The notes beneath the pieces were generated by a model, which was not told the origin of the DNA, made no database searches, and saw only the letters and a program-made list of their open reading frames with translations. A stretch of DNA of 63,788 bases, the filler included, from Chiloscyllium plagiosum (Eukaryota), in NCBI RefSeq assembly GCF_004010195.1. It is 4 parts of one record of this genome, joined end to end, with 100 filler letters (N's around TTAATTAATTAA, not from the genome) between each part and the next. Parts side by side here need not be neighbours in the genome. Positions count along the whole stretch, not along the records: positions 1 to 18,591 come from NC_057714.1; positions 18,692 to 38,366 come from NC_057714.1; 2 more parts are not named here. The stretch is one strand, 5' to 3'. The translations under genes were made by a program, and so were the position numbers. Shown here piece by piece: positions 12,068 to 24,539 of this stretch (positions within the stretch are counted from its first letter, which is position 1; each line of letters starts with the position of its first letter).

Positions 12068-14352
12068 AGGAACAACTTTGAAAATCTATGACTGTCTTGT
12101 AGAAAGATCGAGTTGCCATTATGATTACAAACAAGCACAATGAATTCTCTTTAGGTAACACAGTGGGGTACAATAATATCTGTAAAAAGCACGTTTGATA
12201 CAAATTTATCAAGTAAAACATCATTCCAGATTTTATATTCTGCCCCGGGTCTAATTTGAGACCCTTGAGTTAGTTACTAGGGAACACAGCTATTTGCATC
12301 ATGTTGCCCTCCCAATGGTTTTTATCTATGGAGTACATTCAGTTAAGTGGGCTGCACCCAGGGGTGGAGAGCAACAATTGCTCCTTATAATAGGGATCAG
12401 CTCCTCCATTGAACAGAGGTACTGTCACTGGACATCAGTTCAATATTCAGAACTGGAATTCCGATGTTTGTTCCTGGAGTGCAGGTCAAAACCATCCCTG
12501 CAACTCTGCAGTGACAATCTGAACTTAGCCAAAATTCAGTATCCTGCTGGATTTAGACATCACTACCAGAATTTTCCTCACAGGCTTCACGTCACATTTT
12601 GAACTGCAGGAGTCAAAGGTCAAAAAAACTGGGATTGTCTACTGTTTAGAAAAGGTCAAGGGGCCTTGTGGGAAAAAGCTTTTAAAAGAGAATTAAGTTG
12701 TTTTATTCCTTAATTGCTGGAGAAAAACACTTTGTTTTGGAAGGGTCTAGTGCTGGAGATTGCCTAACAACAGTCTGTGGTCTTTTGGATTCTGTTTTGC
12801 TACAGACTGAGAATTGTTCAGCTATGGATAGGCTTAGAAAGAAGTAATTTTATCTATCTCTTTTGTTTTCTCATACTCTCTCTCAATGAGTTACAATATA
12901 CCCTATGAAGAAAACCAGTTGAAGAAATATCTCAGTGAAATTTTTCCTGAGGATCGGAAAAACTCCAGGAATCAATATATTAGAAGTTTACTGAGGTAAC
13001 TTGTACCAAATATTATTCCATTTAGATAGAGAGCCTTTGCTTTTCTTCCTTTAAGTATTTTTGTAACCTTTAACCTTGTATGTTGATTTACACTTATATT
13101 TGTATTCTCTGTCTCTTTCTGTCATTTGTTTGTGATTTCCCATATTAATACCTTTCTCTCTTCCTTTGTCTCTACTCTCTGATTTATGAAACCTTCACAA
13201 ATGTGATTCCTTGCCCAACTATTTAATTTAAAGCTCTCTCTACTGGTTATGCAGCTTTTGGAACATGCTTCAGATGTAGAATGTCCAAAACAATATACTG
13301 TATATTCTACTGTCCCATATACTAGTGCCAGTGCTCCGCAAATGGAACCCACTTCCCCCGAACTAGTCTTTGAGCCACACTTTAACTTCCGTAATTTTAT
13401 TTGTCCTAATCCAATTTGTTGTGACTCAGGTAATAATCTAGAAATTATTTATCTGAAGATAATCCAGAGATGATTACCTTTGAGATATCGCTTTTAAATT
13501 TGGCTCATACCTCAGACTGCCTGTGCAGAGCCTCTTTCCTTGTTTTGTCTACATCATTGGTATCTACATGAATCAACAACAGGATCCTCTACCTCCCACT
13601 GCATGATCCTCTCCAACTCTGAGAAGGTTCCCCAAACCCCGGTACCAGATCAGCAAGACATCCTCCTGAACTTTAACTGTACTATGCAGAATAATGTCAA
13701 TCTCCTTCACTATAGTGTCCCCTACAACCAATATAATCTTCTTTGTTTCCTTCCACTTGAATGGCTTCCTGAAAATTATGCAAGTTTACAATTATATGAC
13801 ACTGAATAGAAATAGTCCCCAGTTTCTTGGACAACATTCTTCTGTCAACAATTAGACATACCATTTCATTACTCATTCATCTCATTGCTATTTACAGGGC
13901 ATTACCAATTCAGTATCAAATGGTTGCTAAGCTTATTTATATATTGGAAGACTTCAAAACGAATCATTGTGCCAAAGAACCTTAAGGCATTTCACTATAC
14001 TATGATCCTCGGTAAAGCAACAACGTATTGGAAAAAAGATTAAGGTCGGTGAGCCTTCCCACCCTCTTTGTCATTGTTGGCATGGAGGTAACAAGAAAGA
14101 GGAAGTCACAAAAATAAAGAAAATTAAAACAGTATCAAGCTGACTCACTTGCAAAATGAAAGGGGAATTTCCAAGAAGGTTCTCCTGCATGCCTACTGTA
14201 ATAACCATTTAGACTTTTTTTCCTGGGCTTTATTGACAAAGCTACAGGAGAACCTCACTTGGAAAATTCTTTGGTGTTTGTTGATTGTTAATTGTCTCAT
14301 AATAACAGCCCCACCCCTCCACCACCACACCCCCACCATAAAAATTACGCAC

Positions 14353-14526
14353 AGGTTAATATGGGAGGAGATCTTCTGGCTTCAATGGGGACCACGAGTG
14401 GATAGGGTGTCTGTGTCTCCACTAGTAGGAAATCCTCATATTCAGCTGGTGAATCAGGAGCAAATCGGACAGTGTACTGGCAGCTCATGCCCGGAGCAAC
14501 GATGCCTCCCTCTCCTGGAAATTTAC
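14353..14526 (-). CDS. DLEC1: DLEC1/CFAP81 internal coding exon (174 bp, phase 1 to phase 1)
   Basis: Minus strand reads ccaaacag|GT AAA TTT CCA GGA... and ends ...ATA TTA ACC T|gtgcgt. It translates (G)[57 protein letters not shown], recognisably the DLEC1 segment I recall from human as GMFPGKGGMVAPGMTCQYIVQFFPD...LQARRPPPVLT. Confidence 0.92.
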
Positions 14527-14854
14527 CTGTTTGGTGACACAGAGTTAGAAAAATGAAAGGCAATTAATATGATGCTTTGACAGCATGCATCACCACCAGA
14601 GACAAGTTAATCATAGAATGATTAGCCTATCATTTTTGTGCAAGTTGTCTGACCAATTAATCCAATTCCCCTTTGATTTTCTTTTCTTCTCAAGTAATTT
14701 ATCCAATTCCCTCTGAAAGTGATTATTGAATTTTACCACCTGTCAATGAGTGCACAATAAACCATAACTACTGCAGAGTAAAAAAAACTTATCTACTGCT
14801 TTGGCTTCTTTCTTACATATGTTTCGTCATTGTTTCATACATGTAGACTGTTCA

Positions 14855-15722
14855 GGTGCAAAGACGGTTTTGAGTAGAGTGATATGATCTTCCTGTTGGA
14901 TGTAGGAGATTAGGAAAAATTTCCACATTACTGATGATTATGTCTGTAGGAAGTGTGTTTGATTGCGAATCCTATCAGATCGCATGGATTGGTTGGAGTG
15001 GCAGTTAGAGACAATGAGAAATTTATAGGAGTCAGGGGGTAGAAAAGGTAGGAAGAGTCAAAGGTAGAAAAACCACAGATACAGTCAGGTAGATAGATGG
15101 GTTACCTCGAGGAAAGGTAGGAGAGGTAGGTAATTCATGCAGGAGTCTCCTGTGGCTATCCCCAACTCAAACGAGTATACTGTTTTGGAAAATGTAGGAG
15201 GTGATAGACTCTCGGGGAATGTAGCACTGACAGTCACGTTTCTGGTACTGAGACGCGCTCTACTGTGATGAGGGGTATATCAGGTTTCAAGTGATTGGCT
15301 GTGATAGGGAACTCTCTAGTCAGAGGCACAGACAGACCAGGGTCAAAGATGTCTTGGAGAGGGTGCAGAATATTCTCAAAGGGGAGAGAGAGACCAGCTG
15401 GTGGTTGTTGTACGCATTGGAACCAATGACATAGGGAGAGAAGAGGACAAGCTTCTGAGGAGAGAACATAGGAAATAAGGCAGGAATTTACAATGTAGGT
15501 CCTCAAGGCTAGTGAGAGTAAAAATAGGAGGATAGAACAGATGAATGTGTAGCTGAGGAGCTGGTGCAGGGAAGAAGGATACACAGATATGGATCATTGG
15601 TATCTCTTCTGGGGTAGAAGTAACCTGTATAAGAAGAATGAGTTGCACCTTAATTAGAGGGAGACTAATATACTGGCGGGGAGATTTGCTGGAGCCACTT
15701 GGGAGGATTTAAACTAGTAGGG
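14855..15722 (+). mobile_element. CR1 LINE ORF1 remnant (zinc finger/leucine zipper + SGNH esterase)
   Basis: Degenerate translation SSCWM...YVCRKC...LEWQLETM, VIGNSLVRGTDR, VVRIGTNDIG and ELHLN, the hallmark motifs of CR1 ORF1 esterase. In-frame stops present. Confidence 0.8.
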
Positions 15723-15744
15723 TTAAACCCAGAGAGATAGTGAG

Positions 15745-17735
15745 AAACAGAAACACAGAAAATAGGTGCAGAAGTAGGCCATTCAGCCTTTCAAGCCTGC
15801 ACCACCATTCAATGTGATCATGGCAGATCATGCAATCTCAGTATCCCACTCCTGCTTTCTCTCCATACCCCTCGATCCTATAGCCACAACGGCCATGTCC
15901 AGCTCCCTATTGAATATATCGAATGAACTGGCCCCAACAGCTTCCTATGGGAGTTCCACAGGTTCACAACTCTCTGAGTGAAGAAATTCTTCCTCATCTC
16001 AATCCTGAATGGCATATCCCTTATTCTTAGACTTGGTAGTTCTGGACTTCCCCAACATTGGGAACACACTTCCCGCATCCAATCTGCCCAGTCCCATTAG
16101 GATTTTATATGTTTCTATGAGATCCCTCCTCTTCCTTCTAAACTCCAGTGAGTACAAGCCCAGTCGATCCAGCCTTTCTTCTTATGTCAGTCCCGTCATC
16201 CCGGGAATCAGTCTGGTGAACCTTCACTGGACTGTCTCAATTGCAAGAATGTCCTTACTCAGACTAGGAGACCAGAACTACACACAATACTCAAGGTAGG
16301 GCCTCACCAACACCTTGTATAATTGCAGCAAGACATTCTTATTCCGATACTCAAATCCTCTCACTATGAAGGCCAGCATGCCATAAGCTTTCCTCATCAC
16401 CTACTGCACCTGCATGCCATCTTTCAGCGACAGTTCCACATTAAGCTGGAGAGGGCTCAGAAGAGATTTACTAGGATATTGCCGGGTATGGAAGGGTTGA
16501 GTTATAAAGGAAGGCTGGATAGGCTGGGACTTTTTGCACTGGAGTGTTGGAGGTTGAGAGGTGACCTTACAGAAGTTCATAAAATAATGGGTGTTTTAGA
16601 TAGGGTTAATTGTAGTTGTCTTTTCCCGAGGATGGGGGATTTCAAGACGAGGGGAAAAATTTTAAAGAGGGATTTAAAAAAGACAGCAGTAGCAAATGTT
16701 TTACACAGAAGGTGGTTTGCGTGTGGAACGAACTTCCTGAGTAAGTGGTGGATGTGGGTACAATCACAATGTTCAAGAGTCATTTGGATATGTACATGAA
16801 AAGGAAAGGTTTGAAGGGATAGGCAGGTGAAACTAGTTTAGGTTGGGATTACGTTTGGCATGGACTGGTTGGACTGAAGGTTCTGTTCCTATGCTGTTAT
16901 GACTCTATGACATCCAGGTCTCATTGCACCTCAGCATTTCCTAAAATATTCCTATAATAATCTGTTTTTGGAAGCTCACATTTATCCACATTATATTGCA
17001 TTTGCCAAGTATTTGCCAACTTAGCAAACCTGTCCAAGTCACCCTGCAACTTTGAATCATAGAATCCCTACAGCAGGCCATACGACCCATTAAGACCACA
17101 CCAATCCTCTGAAGAGCATCCTTCCCAGACCCACCCCCTCTATCCTATCCCTACCCTATTCCCATGGCTAATCTACCTAATCTGCACACCCCTGACACTA
17201 AGGTGCAATTTAGCATGGCCAATCCATCTAAGGTGCACATCTTGGACTGTGGGAGGAAACCGGAACACCTGGAGGAACTAGATGTAGACATGGGGAGAAT
17301 GTGCAAATTGAACCCAGGTCAATGGCACTGTGAGGCAGAAGTGCTAACCACTCAGCCACCGTGCCACTCCCTCTTAGCAGCCTCCTCACAGAACACACTG
17401 CCACTCAGGTTAGTGTTGTCTGAAAATTTGGAGATGTTGCATTCAGTTCCTTCGTCCAAATTGCTAATGTATATTGTGAACAGCTGGGATCCCAGCACTG
17501 AACCTTGCAGTACCCAACTTGTCGCTGCCTGCTGCTCTGAAAAGGACCCATTTATTCCAACTTTCTGCTTCCTGTCTGCCAACCAACTCTCCGGCCATGT
17601 CATTACATGACCTCCGATACCATGAGCTTTAATTTTCCTCACTAATCTCTTGTGTGGAACCTTGTCAAAAGCCTTTGGAAAGTCCAGATGCACAACATCC
17701 ATTGATTCACTCTTGTGCTCTCCATTGGTCACTTA
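15745..17735 (-). mobile_element. CR1 LINE RT/3' fragment with a nested plus-strand CR1 (~16440-16911) and a SINE
   Basis: Minus-strand [16 protein letters not shown]...QGSVLG...KFSDNT and KNFFTQRVVNLWNS. The plus-strand insert reads LERAQKRFTRILPG and has a CR1 tail. Confidence 0.85.
17054..17368 (-). mobile_element. tRNA-derived SINE (HE1-like)
   Basis: Minus-strand head gtggcacggtggctgagtggttagcac...gggttcaa; same family as 11733-12067. Confidence 0.75.
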
Positions 17736-18591
17736 GGACATAGAACAATACAGCACAGAACAGGCCCTTCGGCCCACGATGCTGTGCTGAACATTTGTCC
17801 TAGCTTAAGCACCTATCCATGTACCTATCCAATTGCCGCTTAAAGGTCACCAAAGATTCTGACTCTGCCACTCCCACAGGCAGCGCATTCCATGCCCCCA
17901 CCACTCTCTGGGTAAAGAACCTACCCTTGACATCTCCCCTATACCTTCCGCCCTTCAGCTTAAATTTATGTCCCCTTGTAACACTCTGTTGTACCCGGGG
18001 AAAAAGTCTCTGACTGTCTACTCTATCTATTCCCCTGATCATCTTATAAACCTCTATCAAGTCACCCCTCATCCTTCGTCGTTCCAATGAGAAAAGGCCT
18101 AGCACTCTCAACCTATCCTCGTACCATCTATTTTCCATTCCAGGCAACATCCTGGTAAATCACCTCTGCACCCCCTCCAAAGCTTCCACATCTTTCCTAA
18201 AATGAGGCGACCAGAACTGCACACAGTACTCCAAATGTGGCCTTACCAAGGTCCTATACAGCTGCAACATCACCTCACGACTCTTGAATTCAATCCCTCT
18301 GCTAATGAATGCTAATACACCATAGGCCTTCTTACAAGCTCTATCCACCTGAGTGGCAACTTTCAAAGATCTATGAACATAGACCCCAAGATTCCTCTGC
18401 TCCTCCACCTACTAAGAACCCTACTGTTAACCCTGTATTCTGCATTCTTATTTGTCCTTCCAAAATGGACAACCTCACACTTGACAGAGTTGAACTCCAT
18501 CTGCCACTCCTCAGCCCAGCTCTGCATCATATCTAAGTCCCTTTGCAGCCAACAACAGCCCTCCTCACTATCCACAACTCCACCAACCTTC
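17736..18591 (-). mobile_element. Young CR1 LINE 3' portion running into a gap
   Basis: ORFs 17800-18575 (-) give LQRDLD...WQMEFN..KCEVVHFG, RPHLEYCVQFWSPH and FFTQRVVGAWNALP. Confidence 0.92.
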
Positions 18592-18691
18592 NNNNNNNNN
18601 NNNNNNNNNNNNNNNNNNNNNNNNNNNNNNNNNNNTTAATTAATTAANNNNNNNNNNNNNNNNNNNNNNNNNNNNNNNNNNNNNNNNNNNN
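18592..18691. other. Artificial scaffold spacer 44N-TTAATTAATTAA-44N
   Basis: Identical 100-nt constructs at 18592-18691, 38367-38466 and 55295-55394. Confidence 0.95.
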
Positions 18692-18798
18692 CTATGCTAC
18701 TTAACTCTGTGATCTGCCTGTATTGCTCACAAGACAAAGCTTTTCACTGTGCCTCGGGACACGGGACAATAAATTCAATTCAATTCAATTCAATTCAA
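18692..18798 (+). mobile_element. LINE 3' end with (AATTC)n tail
   Basis: aaagcttttcactgt...gacaataaa followed by tandem AATTC. Confidence 0.5.
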
Positions 18799-18799
18799 T

Positions 18800-19700
18800 A
18801 ATGACATTTCTACCCTGGGACAAAGACTCCCATTATCAGTTCTATCCGTGCCTCTCATAATTCTGTACATTTCTATCAGGTCTCCCCTCAGCCACATGAA
18901 AACAAACCAAGTATGTCCAATCTCCCCTCACAGTTAATACCCTCCAAACCAGGTAACATGCTGGTAAACCATTTCTGTACCCTCTCCAAATCCTCCAGTG
19001 GTAGTGTGGCAAACAAAACTGGACACAATATTCCAAATGTGCCCTAACTAAAGTACTATACAGCTGCAACAAGACTTGCCAATCTTTATAGTCTATGTCC
19101 TGCCAATGAAGGCAAGCGTGCCATATGTCTTCTTGAGCACCTTATCCACTTGTGTTGTCACTTTCAGGGAACTGGGGACTGTAAGCCCAGATCCCTCTGT
19201 ATGTTGAAGCTATTAGGGTTCTGCCATTTACTGTATACTTCCCACTTACAATAGATCTTCCAAAATGCATCACCTCGTATTTGTCCAGACTAAACTCCAT
19301 CTGCAATTTCTCCACCCAACTCTTCAGCCTATCTATAATTTGCTGTATCCTCTGGCAATCATCATCCTCAATATCCGCATCTCCCCCAATCTTTTTATCA
19401 TCTGCAAAATTACGAATAAGGCCAACCACATTCTCCTCCAAATCATGCATGTGTACAATGTTACAAAGAACATGGGTCTCAACACTGACCTCTGTGGAAG
19501 GCCACTGATGACAAATCTCTTGTCTGAAAAACACCCACTGCTACTCTCTGTTTTCTAAGACTAAGCAAATTCTGCGGTCCGTCTTACCAGTTCAACATGG
19601 ATCCCATGTGATTTCAGCTTTTGTATCAGCCTGCCATGGGGGACTTTGTCAAAGGTCTTGGTAAAGTCCATTTTGGCAACACCCTGCCCTCAATCATCTT
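18800..19700 (-). mobile_element. Degenerate CR1 LINE RT region
   Basis: NFADDKKIGG, MEFSLDKYEVMHFG and RAHLEYCVQF in minus-strand ORFs. Confidence 0.85.
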
Positions 19701-19714
19701 TGGTTTTTTTTATT

Positions 19715-20278
19715 ATTCAATTGTGGGACTTGAGTGTCTCTGCCTGGCCAGTATTGATAGCCCATCCCTATTTGCTCTTGAGAAGGTGATGGTGAGTTGC
19801 CTTCTTGAATTGCTGCAGTCCACTTGCTGTGGGTTGACCCACAATGCTGGCAGGAAGGGAATTCCAGGAATTTGACCCAACAAATATGAAGGAACGGCGG
19901 TATATTTCCAAGTCAGGGTGGTGAGTGGCTTGGAGGGGAACTTGCAGGTGGTGGTGTTCCCAAGTACCTGCTGCCCTTGCCCTTCTAGGTAGAAGTGGTC
20001 GTGGGTTTGGAAGGTGCTGTCTCAGGATCTTTGAATTTCTGTAGTGCATTTTGTAGGTAGTACATGATGCTGCTACAGAGTACCGGTGCTGGAGGGATTG
20101 AATGTTTGTAGATGCAGTGCCAATCAAGTAGGTTGCTTTGTCCTGGATGGTGTCAAGTCTCTTGAGTTTCGATGGAGCTGCACCCATCCAGTCAAGTGGG
20201 CAGTATTTCATCACACTCCTGACTTATGCCTTGTAGATAGTGGAAGGACTTTGGGTGTCAGGAGGTGAGTTACTTGAT
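19715..20278 (-). mobile_element. CR1/L2-clade LINE (second family) 3' end
   Basis: MKYCPLDWMGAAP...LDTIQDKATYLIG...SLQHR..VAA...YKMH...WNSLP. The same family occurs at 36115-39036. Confidence 0.75.
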
Positions 20279-20749
20279 AAAGATTTTGTATAAGGTCCCA
20301 GCAATTTCCTCGCCTGCCTCCCTCAGCAGGAAATGTTTTTACACAGATGATGGCTTACATGCAGAATGAGCTTCCTGAGGAAGTATTGGATGCAGGTACA
20401 ATTACAAATTGAAAAGACATTTGGATAGGTACACAAATAGGAAAGATTTGGAAGAATATTGGCCAGGAGCAGGTAGGAGGGACTAGTTTAGTTTGGGATT
20501 ATGTTTGGCATGGACTGGTTGTACCAAAAGATGTTTCCATGCTGTATGACTCTATATATTCTCCTGCCTTGTTTGTCCACATCCCACAAGTAAATTAAAA
20601 GTCTCATTGTACTAAATTCAAATGTTTACAGGCCCAACCTTCCTTCTTAAGACAAATCTCCTTCATCCCAGAAACGTTTAGTGAGCCTCCTTTGCAAATC
20701 TTAGTTCCCATTTCACTTCACCTCACAAAGTTACCCCAGGCTGTGTGTG

Positions 20750-21680
20750 TGACTGGAGCCGTGTAATACCACAGGGATTAGTGCTGGATCCTTTACTGTT
20801 TGTGATATTCATAAATGTAGATAAGAGAGATGACAAGTTAGTTTGTGGTTGATGCAAAGATTGGCGGGTTGTTTATACTGAGGAGGAAGGTGTTAGGTCA
20901 CAGGAGGATATAAATGAATTGGTCAGATGGGCAGATTGGTGGAGATAGAATTTAACCCTGATAACTATTGGATGATGCATTTTGACAGAAGGAACAAGAT
21001 GAGAAGTACTCAATGAATGGCAAGATACTAGGAAGCCCAGAGGAATAGAGAAGGCAGCATACAGGACACTTGTCTTTATCGGTCAAAAGCATAGATTATA
21101 ACAACAGGGAGGCTATATTGGAGCTGTACAGAACTTTGGTAAGGCCTCAGTCAGAGTACTGTGCAGGTCTGGTCATCACACTAGAGAAAAGATATGATTG
21201 TACTGGAGGGAGTGCAAAGGAGATTCACCAGGATAGTTCCTGGGATGGAGCATTTCAGCAATGAAGAGTCTGAATAAGCTCCAGATATCTTCTTTGGAGC
21301 AGGAAGGTTTAACAGAGACTGATTCAGATGTATCAATTTATGAGATGTCTGGACAGGGTGAATAGAAAACAATTGTTCCCCTTAGTTGAAGGGTCAACAA
21401 CAGAGGGTCATAATTTTTAAGTGAAAGGCAGGAGGTTTAGAGAGTCGTTTTGAGGAAACCTTTTTTATCTAGAGGGTGGTGGGGGTTTGGAGTGCACCAT
21501 CTGGGAGGGTAGTTGAGGCAGAAAATCGCATAACCTTTTAAAATATACTTGGATGAGTACTAGAAATGTCACGACATTCAAGGCTAAGGGCCTAGTTCAG
21601 GAAAGTAGTATATTTTTAGTAGTACAGACTGATGAACAGAATGGCTACCTCTGTATTTTGATTGTATGATTCTATGATTA
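20750..21680 (+). mobile_element. Old CR1 LINE RT/3' fragment
   Basis: Degenerate PQGLVLDP, ELYRTLVRPQSEYC and CR1 tail (tgtatgattctatgat). Confidence 0.8.
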
Positions 21681-22280
21681 CCACAGCAGCTACTGCAGGC
21701 CCATTTGGGTGTCTGCATGTTGAATCTCAGGCCAGCTGCACTCTAAACAACATTGATCCCCTGAAGGCCTCATAACAGTAATCCCAGGAATGCTGTCAAT
21801 ACATTATAATAGCCTCGCCCATTACACAGCAGCCAAACTGGTGGTTTATATGCTGGGGCTTGCTCAGTGCACCTGAACAACTCACTATAGAATGCCTTGC
21901 AGCACAGAAGGAAGCTATTCAGGTTGTGACTGCCCTGTTCTCTCCCTATTGGCCTGCAAATATCCTTATTTAAATATATTCATTAATTCTCTTTTACTAA
22001 AGTTTTACTGAATTTCCCTCCATAGTCCATTCAGTGATACATTCTAAATCATTATAACACAATGAATCGAGTATCTTATTAAAATGAATTAACAATTTTA
22101 TTGTTATAAACATAAAACATAAATCTATTTGTGGGAAGTTGCTGTGCATGCACTTACATACTGATAAGGTGAAATGAACTGAGAGGTGGTTTCTGCGACC
22201 AGAATCACTGCAGCATGAACATCCAACATCCTTTTCCTCTCTCCTACTCCAAGTTTACTAATTACCTTAATTCTGGATCC

Positions 22281-22370
22281 TGATGAAGGGCTTATGCCCG
22301 AAACATTGATTCTCCTGCTCCTCGGATGCTACCTGACCTGCTGTGCTTCTCCAGCACCACATTCTCTACA
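22281..22370 (+). mobile_element. 90-bp PLE-derived minimal repeat starting at a hammerhead core
   Basis: 15-bp TSD cttaattctg[g/a]atcc (22266-22280 and 22371-22385). Starts (C)TGATGA AGGGC TTAT GCCC GAAAC. Confidence 0.7.
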
Positions 22371-22891
22371 CTTAATTCTGAATCCCTCTGATTATCAACT
22401 CTGCTGCCATAGAAATAGTTTCTCCTTACTTGCTCTATTAAAACTGCTCATGATTTTGATCCTGATTATTAAATTCCCCATAAACCTTATCTGGTCTAAG
22501 AGAAACAATCCTTGTTCTTCAGTCCCTCGTGTACCTGAACTTCTTTATACCTGGAACCATTTTGGTAAATATCAGCAGACTGTTTCTATACATTTTGAAG
22601 TTTAGAAGAACAAGAAAGAGGTGATTTTTTATAACAAATGTCTCCAGTCTTTAAAGGGAAATCTCTTATTTCTAAGCTGTGTGCCCTAGTTTTACACTCA
22701 GAATCCATCATTTCAAGTCACTTCAGGATCTTACATGTTTTAGGAAGAACACCTCTCATTCGACTAAATTCCACTGCATACAGGCGCAAACTGTTCACCA
22801 ATCTTCACAAGGTAAGCACTTCATGCCAGGAATTAATTGAGTGAATGTTCTCTGAACTGCTTCTAATGTAATTCTAATTACATCCTTTTTC

Positions 22892-24330
22892 TTAAAAAAG
22901 AGATATTTTTGATGTTGTCTTACAGCTACAGTAAAAATTGCCCATTTTTCCATTTCCCTTGCTATACCTGCGAATTAAATTTACATGATTCAGCTAAAGA
23001 ACACAGCACTATGGCCCGTACAAATGTTGGAATGTTTACTTAACTCTTAATAATTCCAATCAAACCTGGATTTTATTTGCACTTGCATGGGGTGGGACAG
23101 AGGTGTGCTCTTGCAGATAGTTGATGCTTTCCAGATCAATGGCAAGTGGTCCACCAGCAAGAAGGCAGCCCAGGTGATGGTGTCACTCTCATGCCATCAT
23201 TTGCTACCTGGGCACATCCTTTCCCAGCCTCCCCCCACAAACCCTTCACCACCATACCCCTATAGAGTAACCTTTCACCCCAATATAACCATTCCTGCCA
23301 ACATCCCTGCCTTTACATGTAGGGCATGCCCCAAGGTCTGGATAATATCTCCAGTGTGGTACTGAGGGATTGCTACATTGTTGAAGGTGCATTGTCAATC
23401 TAGAAGGACAAGGGCATCACATACATGGGAATACCACAACCTGCAGGTTCCTCTCCAAGCCACTCACATTCTGACATAGAAATAAATCACCATTCCTTCA
23501 CTGTCGCTGGGTCAAAATCCTGAAATTCCCTCCCTAATGGCATTGTGGGTCCACCTACTGCAGTGGTTTAAGAAGAGAGTTCACCACCATCATTTGAAGG
23601 ATAATTACATACTGGCAATAAATGCTGGCCAGTCAGTGACACCCACTTTGCACTAGTGAATAAAACTAATGGCCCTTCTGCCTTTTGTGGTGAATGTAAA
23701 AGACCCCAAAACTCAAATTTCAAAATAGGGCAAGGGGCACATGGGGCTTTTCCTGCTGCCCTTGTCTATATTCATCCCTCAACCAACATCAGAGAAACAG
23801 ATTATGTAGTCATTATCACATTTTGTGGTGGGAGCTTGCAGCATGTAAATTGGAAGCCATGTTCCCCATGTTATTACAGTGACCACACTTCAAAAGTACT
23901 TAATTGACTATAAAGCACACCTGGATATTCTGAGGTTGTGAAAGGTGCTATAGAAATGCAAGGTTTTCTTATACCTCCCCACCCCAAGCGATGGTGCATG
24001 CCTTCGGGACTGAAGTACAAATTCAGGAACACATCGGAGGAAAAACATAAGGAGCAAGGCCACCTGCATCTAGTTTACATTCTGTTCTAAACTCTCCCAT
24101 TCCCTGTTACTGCGCTGCCAGAGACTCCCTGGAAGATCAGTAGAACTTGCGAATGACACATATTGATCTGATTTGTCTTGTATATTTAAAAAGGTCCAGG
24201 ATGCTCATTTGCTGTGCTGTGTTCTTTAGCTGAATCACGTAAATTTAATTTGCAGGTACAGCAAGGGAAATGGAAAAATGCGCAATTTTAACTGTTGCTG
24301 TAAGACAACACCGAAAATGCCTTTTTTTAA
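22892..24330. repeat. ~118-bp inverted repeat pair (22892-23009 and 24214-24330)
   Basis: The reverse complement of 22892-23009 aligns at roughly 90% to 24214-24330 (gtgctgtgttctttagctgaatca[t/c]gtaaatttaatt[c/t]gcaggta[t/c]agcaagggaaatggaaaaatg...). Confidence 0.9.
23345..23970 (+). mobile_element. Deu-domain SINE (SacSINE1/AmnSINE1-like) split by a LINE 3' fragment (~23397-23660)
   Basis: gtcattatcaca..tgtggtgggagcttgc...aattgg...cacttcaaaagtacttaattg...gaaaggtgctatagaaatgcaag, which I recognise as the Deu-domain plus tail. Related copies lie at ~28470-28760 (-), 39350-39670 (-), 40590-40965, 42480-42660 and 43660-43800. Confidence 0.65.
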
Positions 24331-24539
24331 AAAAAAAATCAATTCGTCTTTTTGAGGGAAAATGAGGGACCTAGATACCCCGCCCTCTTAACAGGAATAG
24401 CTGCATCAAAAGGACGCTATTCAGTCCCTCGAAAGTTTGCCCTCCCTCATAGTTAATCGGATCTACTGCAACTTCAAACTCCAGCCTTCAACCTCACCCA
24501 AAACTGATCAGTCTCTAAGCTCCAAGTGACTCCCCCTCC

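Noticed and set aside
18636..18647. TTAATTAATTAA palindrome as a biological motif or piggyBac site
   Set aside because: It is centred in N runs and repeated identically three times, so it is an assembly linker.
22151..22200. Strong minus-strand donor (gtaagtg) as the missing DLEC1 exon
   Set aside because: No frame resembles the expected DLEC1 peptide and the acceptor is weak.
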